Of a stretch of 64,000 nt of DNA, positions 52,736 through 64,000 are shown one piece after another. Position 1 is the first letter of the stretch, and each line of letters begins with the position of its first letter. The stretch lies in the IMG/VR virus record IMGVR_UViG_3300028591_000012, positions 40,298 through 104,297 of that record. One strand, written 5' to 3'. Origin of the DNA: a virus (lineage: Duplodnaviria > Caudoviricetes). The notes under the pieces were generated by a model that was not told the DNA's origin, made no database searches, and worked only from the letters and a program-made list of their open reading frames with translations. The translations under genes were made by a program, and so were the position numbers.

Positions 52736-54365
52736 AAAATACTCCTTGCTTGTTTCAAGCTGATTAAACTCTCTCTAATTTTAGATAATTCCATTTTCCC
52801 TAAACTCACGGAGTAATCCGTAACGTTTACCAAGCTTTTCAAAATAGTTACCCCAATAAACGTATTCGCTCATATAGTGGTCTTTTTCTGAAAACTTATT
52901 CTGCCATTCAATAGCTTCATCGCGAGCCTTAGCTTTTCGTTCTGCGTATGTCATTAGGCAGCCTCTCTTTTGTAATCGTAACCGACAATCTCAAAGTATC
53001 TGTAAAGGTCTGAAATAACCTTATTGTCTTTATCCGTGAGATTTCCGTTCTGATAACGTTCATCAATTCCTTTTGCACCGATACAGCGAAGAACGCGAAG
53101 GAACTCAAATTCATCGTGACTTTCATAATTGTAGTGTTCAAAGTTCCACTGATAACCTAATTTTGTATTTTCATCAGCACAATCTCTTGACGGCATAAAT
53201 ACCATAAGGTTGTCGCCAGAAATCAACATTAAAGAGTTTTCTGAAGCTTTGCGGTAATCAGTGTCTTCTTTGTGACAGTAAAGCTTGGCGTCTGGGTAAC
53301 ATTCCATAAAGTGAACGACACACTCCCACACATTAAACAGAATTGTAGAACGGTTAGGTAAAACATATCGGAACGCAATCCAGTTCCCGATTTTCTTGTG
53401 AATTGAGAACAAAGACTTCAAAGCCTTAAATTCTTTTACGATAACTTCATTTGGTGAAACATTTGTCATTTCAATCATATCATTCATATCGGGAATAACT
53501 TTTTGAACATTCGGGAACTGTCCGTCGATGTAAGTAAGTTCTTTTGAAACGATTTTGTCTTCAAACTTTTCGGGATAGTTTGTTTTCACTTTTACCGCAA
53601 CATAACCGTTTGTAGCCCACTTGTAACCGTCTTTGTGATAAACACCACACATAAATGCCCTTGCTCTTGTTTCTGATGAAACGTATTTGTAAAAATCCAA
53701 TGTCTTTGCCATAATAATCCTCCTTTTAGGCAATATCTTCTTCTTCATCTTCAAAGTAACCCCAATCACTCACAACTTTCTCAAACAATTCGTCAAGATA
53801 ATCTGCAAGTGAATTAAAGTCACTCAGCTTAGTTATATTCCCGATATACGACGACGTATCACAAACTTCATACGTTTCTTCATCGTATGGCATTGTAAAG
53901 TCAATGTCGTAATTGCTCTGCATCATTGTTCCTGGCTCTTGATACGCAATCTTTGCACAGATACGCCAAGTTCCGTCTTTGTAAATGTCATCATCATCTT
54001 CTGCAAAACCGTCTTCCCACCCGACAACGATAGACCATTCACGACCTTTATCATCAGTAAGCTTATGCCAATGACAACAGCCACACTTTTCTTTCATCAG
54101 CCATTCAACTGACTTTCTTAAACTACTACCACGTAATTTCATAACTGCTCCATTATTTTCCAACCTATACCTTCTGCTTTTACAGAATACCCAAACTTCT
54201 CAAAAAACAACTTGACGTTTTCACAAATCGTAGTTGTAAAGCCTTTTGTCTTTATGTTGTTATACCCAATCATTACTTCTGACCTTTCATAAGGTGTAGT
54301 TAATCCTTTAGGCATAACGCCTTTATTGTTACATTCGGTAACATACTTAAAAAGTGATTTTTTCA

Positions 54366-55157
54366 TTATGCAATCTCCTTTACAGTTGATTCAGCTGAAA
54401 CGTCAAACTCGAATACTATAAGCTGCTGCCCCTGTAAAACATCAAGGTTACCTTCTTCAATTGCCTGCAAAACTACATTTTCATCAAGAAGTTCATTATT
54501 GCCCGAAAACTCTTTAATGATGTTTATAGCGTCTTTTTCTTCATCGTTACCTAAATAATAACCCCAACAACTGTCACCACTCCACTTATCCCACTGTTCA
54601 AGCTCTGTGTCATATTCTTCAGTAACACAACCATAAACTTCGCCACGACACCATTGATCAAGAGTGTGAATTTCACCTTCAAGAATTTCTTCAGCCCATT
54701 TCTTTGTTTCTTCTGCGGTATGACTTCTGCGGTAACTTCTGACTTCTTTACTGTCTTTTGGAATGTAAGCGAATCCAATAGCTGAATAATCCCAACCACG
54801 ACAATAACCTGAATAAACACATATTCCCGAATGGTCGTAAACTGAAACATACGTGAAAGCAGCACACTTTTCTTTGATAAACTTTTCAACAAGCTTTTCA
54901 ATACCGCCATATCGCTTTTTGTTGTTATAATACCAATCTTCATTGATACCTGTTTCTGCAATAAGCCAGTCTTCAATGTCATCAGTTTCAATATCACCAC
55001 GACCGCAAAGATTGTATCCTGAAGCATTTACGATAACAGACAGATTATCCCATTCTCTTGGGCTTTCTGGGTCATTATCATAAGCAAAATAAGCACGGTG
55101 TAATTTGCCGTTCTCAAACCAACACTTACAAGGTAAATAATCATTTCTTGTACTCAT
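54366..55157 (-). CDS. Conserved phage/MGE hypothetical protein
   Basis: DPESPREWDNL, YDHSG, DSCWGYY motifs. Confidence 0.5.
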   Translation of the reverse strand: MSTRNDYLPCKCWFENGKLHRAYFAYDNDPESPREWDNLSVIVNASGYNLCGRGDIETDDIEDWLIAETGINEDWYYNNKKRYGGIEKLVEKFIKEKCAAFTYVSVYDHSGICVYSGYCRGWDYSAIGFAYIPKDSKEVRSYRRSHTAEETKKWAEEILEGEIHTLDQWCRGEVYGCVTEEYDTELEQWDKWSGDSCWGYYLGNDEEKDAINIIKEFSGNNELLDENVVLQAIEEGNLDVLQGQQLIVFEFDVSAESTVKEIA

Positions 55158-56160
55158 AAAAATCTCCTTGCCGATTACTCGGCTAATAAAAAAGGCTAGG
55201 AATTAAACCTAGCCTTAAATCATACGCATACGGTTTTCCGTACAACGTTTATTAAACCGTTTACACTTGGTTACAACGGCATTGTCTTTTACAATGTCGT
55301 AATCAACTTTGTAAACATCCACACCCTTGTGCCAATTCTTAGTTCCGTAATATCTGTGATTAACTGTGTCGCAATCATAAAAGTAGTATGTAAAGATGTC
55401 ACCCTTAATTGTGGAATCAAATATTCCATAAGTGCCTGCGATGTCACAACGCTTATCTTCTGGTGATGCTTTACAGAACCATATAACGTGATTTTCAAGC
55501 TTTTCGCCCGATAAACCTTGATGTTTCCATTCTTCAACTAGTGTGTGCATTTGCTACTCCTTAAACCATACCATTTGTTATTCCATCTCTTGAACGTTTC
55601 GGGCGTACAAGGATTTCCCCAATTACAACACTGCTTTTCTGTTATCTGTCTATCTCTAACTAGATAATCAGTAAAACAAGACCACGCAAATTGCATAGAC
55701 CAATAATCACCAAAAGGCTCATTTTCTTCTGCAAACTGTTTAACTGCATCCTTAAAAGTCATAAACTACTCCTTAAAAGCTCTTTTGCTTACTTCTGCAA
55801 TAATCTTCTGTCTGTTTTCTTCTGTAGCAGGCAGAACCCAGTCAAAATCTACAATGTCGTGACTTAAAACCGTTTTACCTTTATTGTCTTTGATTACTTC
55901 GGATTTGTGCTGCGGATTGTATCTTCCCCACGTATAACCGTCTTTATCGGTTACATAAGTACTTACGTGCCACCAAGCAAAAGGCTTGTCAAAAATCTTC
56001 TGCTTTACCCATAAAGGCATACAACCATCGGGACATCGTTCAATGACAAGTAAAACCGATTCACCCTTTTTATTCTTGCCTTGAAATCGGATTATATATT
56101 CTGCATAATCTTCAACCCGATTAGGTGTTTTTTCTTCCGTGTAACTTCTCATAGACACTC

Positions 56161-57186
56161 CTAAAAACTTCCGTATGTTCTCTGAAAGTTAATATGTTCT
56201 TGAGTTGAAAGCGGTTTATAGAAATCCCTTGCGTTCGGATTACATCTGTAAATCTTTACACGCTGACCGTCATTCAGAAAGTAACCGTCGACAATCGAAC
56301 CGTTAGAAAGGCACTTAAACTTTGTTGCTTTAGCTAAGTTTTCCTGGCTTATGGAATAAGCCTGACAAATATCCTTGAAGTGATTATCAAGCCATAACAT
56401 TGCTTTTTCTTTTGCCTTCTTTGAAGAGTCTTTACTAAAAGCTATATTTGAATTCTTGTTCCATTCATCACGAGTTGACTTATCAACAGAATGATCTTCG
56501 ATAACTACTGAACACCTTCCCGACTTAAAACCGTCTTCACGTTCTTCTTCCCAAGCATAGGTAAAGCCGAGTTTATCAGCAAAAGCTTTCAACTGACTTT
56601 CATTCTTAAAACTTGCTACGTGATATGTACTGCTCCAATCAGTTTCATCTGCAAACCAAATTGCATAAATCCATTCGGGCTTAATATCAGGATTACGCTG
56701 AACATCAAGAAAGTTATGCTGATAATATGTGATACGATTTCCTTTCGGCTTAAACTCATCAACGCTTTTATGTTTCCAAACATTGACAGGAATAGAAACG
56801 CTTATAGCACCGTCTTTACAAGCACCCCAATGACCCCATTCTGAAAAGCTTCTTTTATCTCTGCCGACATATTCCAAGTCATCAAAATCAATATCGTAAA
56901 AACTACCGCCGGAAACTGAAAGTCGCTTTTTACCGTAATGAGAAACCCACGCAGAACCCGACTGACAGATTGAAATGTGATGTTTGTCTTTACAATCTTC
57001 GATAATTGCTCTAGGTGAAATCCTACAACCGTTTGAAAACTGTACAATATCGCCTGCTGCAAGTTGTCTAGGTTTTCTGCTCATCATCTTTACAGCCTTG
57101 TTATAAATGTCTACATCTTCTTGTGTAACTTTAAGATTATATTCCGTAATACACGGTTGTGTTTTCTTTAATTTTTCCAAAGTCAT
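56161..57186 (-). CDS. DUF4121-like protein
   Basis: SVSGGSF and FSEWGHWGACKDGAI...VNVW. Confidence 0.55.
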   Translation of the reverse strand: MTLEKLKKTQPCITEYNLKVTQEDVDIYNKAVKMMSRKPRQLAAGDIVQFSNGCRISPRAIIEDCKDKHHISICQSGSAWVSHYGKKRLSVSGGSFYDIDFDDLEYVGRDKRSFSEWGHWGACKDGAISVSIPVNVWKHKSVDEFKPKGNRITYYQHNFLDVQRNPDIKPEWIYAIWFADETDWSSTYHVASFKNESQLKAFADKLGFTYAWEEEREDGFKSGRCSVVIEDHSVDKSTRDEWNKNSNIAFSKDSSKKAKEKAMLWLDNHFKDICQAYSISQENLAKATKFKCLSNGSIVDGYFLNDGQRVKIYRCNPNARDFYKPLSTQEHINFQRTYGSF

Positions 57187-58698
57187 AAATTACCCCCTAA
57201 ATTCTTCGTGTTCACCCTTAAAACAGTTACCACAATATTTCCAGATAGAATCAATATCATTGATAGTTCCCTTTACACTTTCAAAAGTTGCATAAGTTGC
57301 CTTAAAATTACCGTCTTTATCTTTTCTGTGGTCGTGCGGCTCACCGACTTGCACAAAGGTTGATGACCAACAAGCAGGCGGCAAAACGTCTAAAAAGTAC
57401 TCCGCAATTTCACAAGTAAACAATTCGCCAGGCTTAAACTGTTCATCAAAACCCTTGTTCCAATCTTTCATACCGTAAACTTTCTGACCGTTATATTCTG
57501 TAGGATATTCAACCGGCTTACGATATTCTGATAAATCACCTTTAATTAAATGGTCAAACTCATTCCTATCCGCAATAGCGACACCTTCATAAGAACAGGC
57601 GTGAACAAAGTTACTTTCAAGAAGTCTGAACTCGTGATCAAACATCTTAAAATGTTCCCTTACTGCTTCAAGTTTACGCAACATCAAAACATCAGTTTCA
57701 TTCAATTCATACATAAAATACCCCCATTAAAAACCGTATTCGGCAAGCACGGACAAATCTTCATTTACCCTAAATTGTTTTTTCTCTTCTTCAAATGTTG
57801 GCTCACATACCAACTTATTGAACTCACTCTGCGAAATGTAATCGAGGATTACGTCACTAAGTACACAACTACTCATTTCTTAAAACTCCTTTCTGCTTAA
57901 GCAGATATTAAAAAACCGCCATTATCGGCGGCTTCGCTTTTGTGTAGAAGTCAAAGACATCTGCACCCATTTCTTATTGACATCAACCGACGGCTGAGCC
58001 TGTCTATCAATAGCGATTCTTAAAAGCTCACAAGCTTTTTTGAGTTTTTCTTTATCGTTCATAAAGACTCCATAAAGTTTTTATAAGAGCTATCCAGCTT
58101 TTTATAAAGGTTGAAAAACCTATGAAAATCTTTTCTGAAATATCCACGTACTGTTTCAGAAAAGCCGACATCTTTTGAAAACCTTAAAGCTTCACAAGCC
58201 TGACGTTTAGCCAATACTGTAAGATTTGTAATATCACCCACGTTTAATTCTACTTTCATAAAACCACCTACATTTTCCTTAAAACTTCAAGACCGTCTAG
58301 CAGACGTTCAAGCCAATTCTTTCTTCTGCCCTTATTTCCGTAGATGTAAAACTCACCGCCCAAACCCCAGGCACTTGCTAAAAGCAGACCGCCGAAAACT
58401 ACTACTAACAATGCAGTAACAACAATGAAATAATAAAGAATCATAAATCCCCCTTAAATAATGCCCTTAAACCATAAAATGATTATTACGAATGAATAAA
58501 CTTTCAACGCAACCTTAACCCAGAAAACAGGACACTTAACGGCATCCTTAAAAGAAATCTGATTGTAATACATAGAAAAATCTCCTTGCAGGCTTAAACC
58601 TACTGTCTTAAAATCATTTTCCGAAAAATGGAAAGTGTAAATCACCGCCCGACATTGCAGCCGGAACAGACCGCTTTATTTTCTAGCTGTCATCTGCT

Positions 58699-59364
58699 GA
58701 ACTTTCACGGCGATAAAAAGACTTTTTGAAATGAAAACTTGCGTATAGTCTATGAAGTGAGAAGATAGACACGCAAGACTTGAAATAGTCACTTCTAGCG
58801 ATTAACCGATTGGGACAATTCAGCGTAAAACCTACCGCCCCAATCGTTCACAACCGAACAAAGCACAAGATTCATCACGGACTTATTACAGACTTTCAAC
58901 ACAAAACCGCTTTTTTTATTCCGTACACTAAAGCTGAGTAATGAAAAACTAGAAGTAAAACACTGTATACGAAATCGATCCATTATCATATTACAGAGTG
59001 CGTATATTAAAAGATTTACAGTACTTAACCGCCCATCTTAAAATGTTTCCTGAAAACTTGCGTATAGATTCTTAAATCTATAATCAGTTGTGGCTAAGAT
59101 TCGCTATTTTTATTGCAACTATCCAGAAAGGACTTCCAAAGGTGGCAACCTTAAAAACACCTTATTAAATCTACCGCGTGGAAGGACTAGCAACATCTAC
59201 GTGTACTAAAGCTAGCTATTGAGAAGGCGATAGAAGTTAGTAGAATTAAAAGAAGGGACTTGAAAAATTGAAAGGTAAAATGTAGAATTAAAAAAGATGG
59301 ATCAAGTCCACGCTCCATTATTTGCGGCAAGTCCTGGAAAACGTCGCCGTGAATTTTGGAGTTC
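58699..59364. ncRNA. Large structured ncRNA candidate (~660 nt)
   Basis: ORF-poor; closing helix TTCACGGCGA 58704-58713 / TCGCCGTGAA 59344-59353 enclosing many nested 6-8 bp helices. Confidence 0.55.
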
Positions 59365-59549
59365 TTAAAAATCAGTTATCAAAGCCCGATAAATTTTTTC
59401 GTATCAATTCGGGAATACGTGAAACAATTATAATTTACTAAACGCTTTTGATAACTTCATCGGTCATCATCGGCATAGCTTCAATTATAATGTACTCAAC
59501 TATATACACAATCTACATAAAATAGATTGTGTATACATTCAGTACACTA

Positions 59550-60182
59550 TTATGCAATATTTTCTTTTTTAATTATGTTTACAGTTGCATTGACATTTAA
59601 AGCCTTTTCTAACTGTTTTACAATTTCGATTTTTTCCTTATTGCTCATACTGTTAGCAAGCGAAACAATATCATTAATTAAAACTGATATTTTTTGAACG
59701 TCGTTCAATTCGTCGCTTGTTTCATTGTCGCTTGTTTCGTCGTTCAATTCGTCGCTTGTTTCAACTTGTTTTACTTCATAAATACCAAGTGAAAAGTCAC
59801 CCCGATACAAAAATAAAACATTGTCACTATTAAGGATAAGGTAAAAAACGTCATTGGGTTTATTATCTAAAAAGTACTTTTTACAAGCTTTTTCTATTTC
59901 CTTATTAGTAGGAATAGCACTAACCTTTTCTGTCAATGTTTCTTTTGACCAATCAATGAACATAGAATTAAACTGTTTTATTGTATGTAAATCAGTAACA
60001 TTATTACTTTCAAAGTTTTCTACAATAAAATCATAGATTCTTTGTTCACGTTCATTAAGTGTCAAGTCACTTTTAATTGTTTTGTTAGACTTCAAAACAC
60101 GCCAATTACAAGATGATTCATTAAGATTATTCAAACTCTTAATTAAATCCTTTTCAATTTTGTTTAAACTCATTTTATCCAC
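59550..60182 (-). CDS. Early hypothetical protein with a short internal repeat (ETSDELND x2)
   Basis: ORF track; direct repeat near 59698-59763. Confidence 0.5.
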   Translation of the reverse strand: MDKMSLNKIEKDLIKSLNNLNESSCNWRVLKSNKTIKSDLTLNEREQRIYDFIVENFESNNVTDLHTIKQFNSMFIDWSKETLTEKVSAIPTNKEIEKACKKYFLDNKPNDVFYLILNSDNVLFLYRGDFSLGIYEVKQVETSDELNDETSDNETSDELNDVQKISVLINDIVSLANSMSNKEKIEIVKQLEKALNVNATVNIIKKENIA

Positions 60183-60488
60183 CTTACTACTATATATAGC
60201 TATTTCTTTTTTCTGTCTTTACGAATAAAGCCGTTTTTTATAGTGGTGACTATTTCCACTATGGATCAAACTAATTAGCATAACCCATACAGTATTTATA
60301 CTCTTCTAGATCATTGTAATATTGATCCAAACTAAAGCCGCAAATAAAAAAGTAAACCAATTTACCATAACATAACAAAATATATAAAGATCCATATTCT
60401 GTCATACGTTCAATTTCTTTTAATTTTTCAGTAGTCATAATCTTATCCCCTCGTTACTTTTCCGTAACTCTTTTCTTTATTTACCTTT

Positions 60489-60516
60489 ATTATACATCAT
60501 TTTATTTTTATGTCAA
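60489..60516 (-). promoter_or_regulatory. Consensus sigma70 early promoter
   Basis: TTGACA-N16-TATAAT heading the long leftward early region. Confidence 0.6.
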
Positions 60517-61035
60517 GTATTATTATATAAATAATTTTAGATTATAACAAAATATTATACCCCCACCAGGGGAGTGACAGATTTAAGCCGGCTGCCTTAT
60601 CCCCTTTAGCTCTCAACAAATTATTTCAAGGTTGGCACAGTAATTGCTATAGTATTAGGGTAAATGGAGTATATTTATATATGTAGAATGTAAACTTATT
60701 TTAAGATAGAGGTTTACAATAGTGTTATGGGTATACAATTAGTACTGGTATACAGGTATTTATAGGGATATAAAGGTATCTGAGAAAGGGATTAGCTTTG
60801 AAATGTACTCGTATTCAGCTGGAAGTAAGCTGATTTTTATGTGTAAAAGGGCCTGTTTTCGTATATTTATGCAGTAAAAATGTATGTATATGCAGAAAGT
60901 ATCGCTTTTTCTCGGCCCAGAATAAAGAAGAATTGTATAAATATACATCTAGTATTATAAATATAAAATATTTTATATAATAACTGTTGACAGGTAAACA
61001 TTATTGATTTATAGTGTAAGACAAAGGAGTATAGA

Positions 61036-61680
61036 TTGGATATTGATTATACAGATGTAATAAGTTTTGAACCTCTGAAAAAGACAATAGATGAAAGAGG
61101 ATTGAAAATGGGGTTTGTTACAAAAGCGGCAGGTTTTGAACAGTCACGGTTTTCTAATATGTATAAAGGGGCGTACTTTCCAAAAACTGATCTGCTTGCA
61201 AGAATATGTGCAGTTCTTAATGTTCCTGCTTCTAAGATTGTAAGTTTTAAGATTGATTCTGATGATAAAAAGAAGGAGTGGTTTGCTTCAAGGGAACTTC
61301 CCTATTCTCCGCCTTCTGAACCCGAAGGTGTTTTAACTTATGAGCCGTTCCGTCTTATGACTTCGATGTACCTTGAATATTATAACTCCTTCTCTGAGAA
61401 TGAGAAGACACTTAATGATCTGCTTGATAAGATTGAGCCTTACAGAAGAAGAAACGGACTTGTTACTCCAGTCCAGCCGGATTTTGTAAAGGCATCACTT
61501 GTTGCTCGCGGTTATGACGAGAACTATAAGTCTAAGAGGGAAAGACACTATGAAAGAAAAGGTCTTACCCCGGAAATGAGGCTTAAGCTCAGAAAGGACC
61601 TGCCTCTTAATATCCGTTCTGTCTATGACATCTGTAACTTCTTCGGCTGCTCTATCGACTGGGTTGTAAGTTATAAATAG
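61036..61680 (+). CDS. Double XRE/HTH regulator
   Basis: PKTDLLARICAVLNVPASKIV and SVYDICNFFGCSIDWVV; upstream TTGACA-N17-TATAGT. Confidence 0.75.
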   Translation: MDIDYTDVISFEPLKKTIDERGLKMGFVTKAAGFEQSRFSNMYKGAYFPKTDLLARICAVLNVPASKIVSFKIDSDDKKKEWFASRELPYSPPSEPEGVLTYEPFRLMTSMYLEYYNSFSENEKTLNDLLDKIEPYRRRNGLVTPVQPDFVKASLVARGYDENYKSKRERHYERKGLTPEMRLKLRKDLPLNIRSVYDICNFFGCSIDWVVSYK

Positions 61681-61799
61681 TTTTATATAAAACTAATGTA
61701 AACCGGAAAAAGTCAATTTGGTTTACGTTTCAAAACACCGATTCAATTTTGAAAAAAAATATTTTTTTTCAGGGCTGCAAAAAGCAGCAGGGAGTATTT

Positions 61800-62099
61800 A
61801 TGAAGAATGAAGTTGTTCTTGAGGGTAATGTACTCAACTGTTACATCGATGACCAGACAGGTGCGCTGGTTGTAAAGATGGCTGTATGTTTTGACCATCA
61901 CGTAGGAAAACATCTGGTTCCTACCGAATCCATATTCAAAACTGTTATGACTGATGAAAAGGCAATTAAGGAAACAGATATTAAGCAGGGCCAGTATGTA
62001 AGAATGACAGGCTATATCAAGGTTGACTTTAAGTTTTCAGACAGAGGTAATAAACACGATACAACCCGCGTCTATGCACTCAAATATGAAGCTTTGTAA
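61800..62099 (+). CDS. SSB-like OB-fold protein
   Basis: MKNEVVLEGNVLNCY...ESIFKTVMTD matches 52072-52410; ATG 61800 with RBS GGAG. Confidence 0.6.
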   Translation: MKNEVVLEGNVLNCYIDDQTGALVVKMAVCFDHHVGKHLVPTESIFKTVMTDEKAIKETDIKQGQYVRMTGYIKVDFKFSDRGNKHDTTRVYALKYEAL

Positions 62100-62447
62100 A
62101 AAGTCAGTTTTCTGTACGTTTGAAACGTCACTTTCATTTTTACAAAAAAAATTTTTTTCAAAGGTAATTTTGACACAATGTCCTGAGACATCTTGACACG
62201 TTTATTTTTTGTGTTATATTAGAGCTGTCCTATTTTGGGATTTGGATCAAAAGATTCATATTCTCCTCCGCCGCCTTCCAGGGCGGCATTTCTTTTTAAC
62301 CTTCCCTTTTTCCTGATGTAGTATAAAATCACAGAGCAACCCTTAGCTTTGTTTACTTTTTATTTTCCACCTCGGAGTGTCTCGTCCGTTGGACAGGCAC
62401 TCCACTTTTGTTTAAGCTCATCTTTTTTCTGACCTATCCTTTGCGGT

Positions 62448-62885
62448 ATGGGAATAATATCACCTGATGAACCAAGAAATAAACCTTACTCAGGCTCAAA
62501 GAAAGCCCTCAATGACGCAATGTCCTTTGCAGGAAACACCTTCATTTCTTCTCCTGTTGACGGAAGCCGCGTTACCCAGTGGCAGGCAGTAGTTGACCGT
62601 CTTTACAAGATTGCCATCTATGCAGAATCAGACAAGGATGCCACTTCTGCAGCAAAGGTAATCGCTGAACGACTCTTTGGCCGCGCACCTGTACAGAAGC
62701 AGGATAAGAAGAACGAAATCCCTGCAATCATTTTCGCAGAACGCGGAGATACCCTTGAACAGATTGCCGAGAAAGCTTCACGCGCAGAGGATGATCCTGA
62801 AGACTATGAAGGACCCCTTAAGTTTGGAGTTACCTTTGAAGACGGCTCTGAAGTCCTTGTAGATGGGGAGGATTCTGATGAGTAG
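62448..62885 (+). CDS. Putative terminase small subunit
   Basis: Directly upstream of and overlapping TerL; AAKVIAERLFGR motif. Confidence 0.55.
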   Translation: MGIISPDEPRNKPYSGSKKALNDAMSFAGNTFISSPVDGSRVTQWQAVVDRLYKIAIYAESDKDATSAAKVIAERLFGRAPVQKQDKKNEIPAIIFAERGDTLEQIAEKASRAEDDPEDYEGPLKFGVTFEDGSEVLVDGEDSDE

Positions 62886-64000
62886 TACCATTCCTTTCCG
62901 TCTGACCAAGCCTCAGCTTACGATTTTACGTGACCCTCACCGCTTCAAGATAGTCAATGCCGGACGACGTTTCGGTAAATCCTTCGTATCGGGAGCCGCC
63001 ATTCTTGAACAGGTTTCAATTCCTGAATCCGTAGTATGGTATGTAGCTCCGACCTGGGATATGGCAAAGAAGATTATGTGGGATGACTGGCTGCCAAAAC
63101 ACGTACCGAAGGAGTGGATTGCAGAAGTAAACAAGATGGACAAGGCTTACAAGTTTATCAACGGTTCAATTCTTTACGTTGTAACCGCAGATAATCCTGA
63201 ACATCTTCGAGGTTCTTCACTTAACCGCGTAATTCTTGATGAGTGCGGATTTATGAAGGAAGGAGTATGGGAAATCATACGTCCTGCCCTTGCTGACAAA
63301 AAAGGTGATGCAATTCTTGTTTCTACCCCTAAAGGTTACAACTGGTTTTACAAGATGTACAAGGAAGCCCTTGAACAGCCTGACTGGGCGGCCTTTCAGT
63401 ATACGACCCTTGAAGGCGGTAACGTACCGGCTGAAGAAATCGAAGCTGCAAAACAGTCTATGTCTCCGAAGATGTTTGCTCAGGAGTTCCTTGCTTCGTT
63501 TGAAAACCTTGCTTCACGCGTATATGACTGCTTTGACCGTGAACAGAACATCTGTGAGCTTGATGAAAACTGGGGAATTCCTAACACAGACATACATATT
63601 GGCATAGACTTCAACGTAAACCCTATGACTGCGGCAATCGCAGTAAAGGAAAGGGACGACATCTACTTCTTCGATGAAATCGTAGAGCCGAACTCAAACA
63701 CACAGGTTCTGTGTAACTCAATTCATAAAAAGTTTCCGAAGTGTGACATTTTCGTTTATCCCGACCCTACCTGCCGGAAGCGTCAGGCTTCTGCTGCCGT
63801 AGGTGAAACTGACTATGAGATTTTAAGAAGGAATAAATTCCACGTCTGCTGTCCGAAGGCTCCGTATTCTTCACGTGACAAGTTCAATGCAGTAAATACC
63901 GCTTTCCTCAATGCAAAGTGTGAACGCCACGCTTTCATAGCAAGGGGAAGATGTAAGAAGCTCAAGGAAGCCCTGGAAGGATATACATACAGAGATAACG
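62878..64000 (+). CDS. terL: Terminase large subunit (partial)
   Basis: Manual translation: NAGRRFGKS Walker A, VILDEC Walker B, STPKG motif, GIDFNVNPM nuclease domain; runs off window. Confidence 0.95.
   Translation, partial: MSSTIPFRLTKPQLTILRDPHRFKIVNAGRRFGKSFVSGAAILEQVSIPESVVWYVAPTWDMAKKIMWDDWLPKHVPKEWIAEVNKMDKAYKFINGSILYVVTADNPEHLRGSSLNRVILDECGFMKEGVWEIIRPALADKKGDAILVSTPKGYNWFYKMYKEALEQPDWAAFQYTTLEGGNVPAEEIEAAKQSMSPKMFAQEFLASFENLASRVYDCFDREQNICELDENWGIPNTDIHIGIDFNVNPMTAAIAVKERDDIYFFDEIVEPNSNTQVLCNSIHKKFPKCDIFVYPDPTCRKRQASAAVGETDYEILRRNKFHVCCPKAPYSSRDKFNAVNTAFLNAKCERHAFIARGRCKKLKEALEGYTYRDN

Noticed and set aside
1027-63662. Numerous antisense or overlapping ORFs in the ORF track (e.g. 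1027-1269, 2875-3297, 43661-44065, 63290-63607)
   Set aside because: They lie opposite or inside well-supported genes, lack RBS and motifs, and have shadow-frame composition.

Overview
This window is 64 kb of an AT-rich temperate tailed-phage genome in its excised form. An intact attP carrying the 3' part of tRNA-Gly(TCC), with TGGTCACA arm repeats, sits beside a tyrosine integrase. The integrase N-terminus, the lipoproteins and the SSB paralogs suggest a spirochete (Treponema-like) host, which is inference. The window covers early, replication, accessory and lysis modules (repressors, ERF, DnaC-like ATPase, two DNA methyltransferases, ThyX-like, MazG, PncA, spanins, tRNA-Glu) and ends in the terminase genes. 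The main finding is a phage-encoded reverse transcriptase (YSDD; not a DGR, retron or group II type by motifs). It lies in an operon with three unknown ORFs and an HNH gene. Directly downstream is a tandem array of six ~125-nt non-coding units (47670-48420). The units share short conserved motifs and two covarying, pseudoknot-ordered stems, but each carries a different 39-44 nt hairpin, so this looks like a multi-template RT/ncRNA-array system. Other findings are a 72-bp inversion between 19-bp inverted repeats that switches off a PAPS-reductase-like gene, a ~660-nt structured ncRNA candidate, a tRNA-shaped element containing a small membrane-peptide ORF, a family of pseudoknotted attenuator-like leaders, a shared operator, and a phage-specific TTAAGC-N17 promoter class. 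All product calls come from motif reading only; no searches were run.
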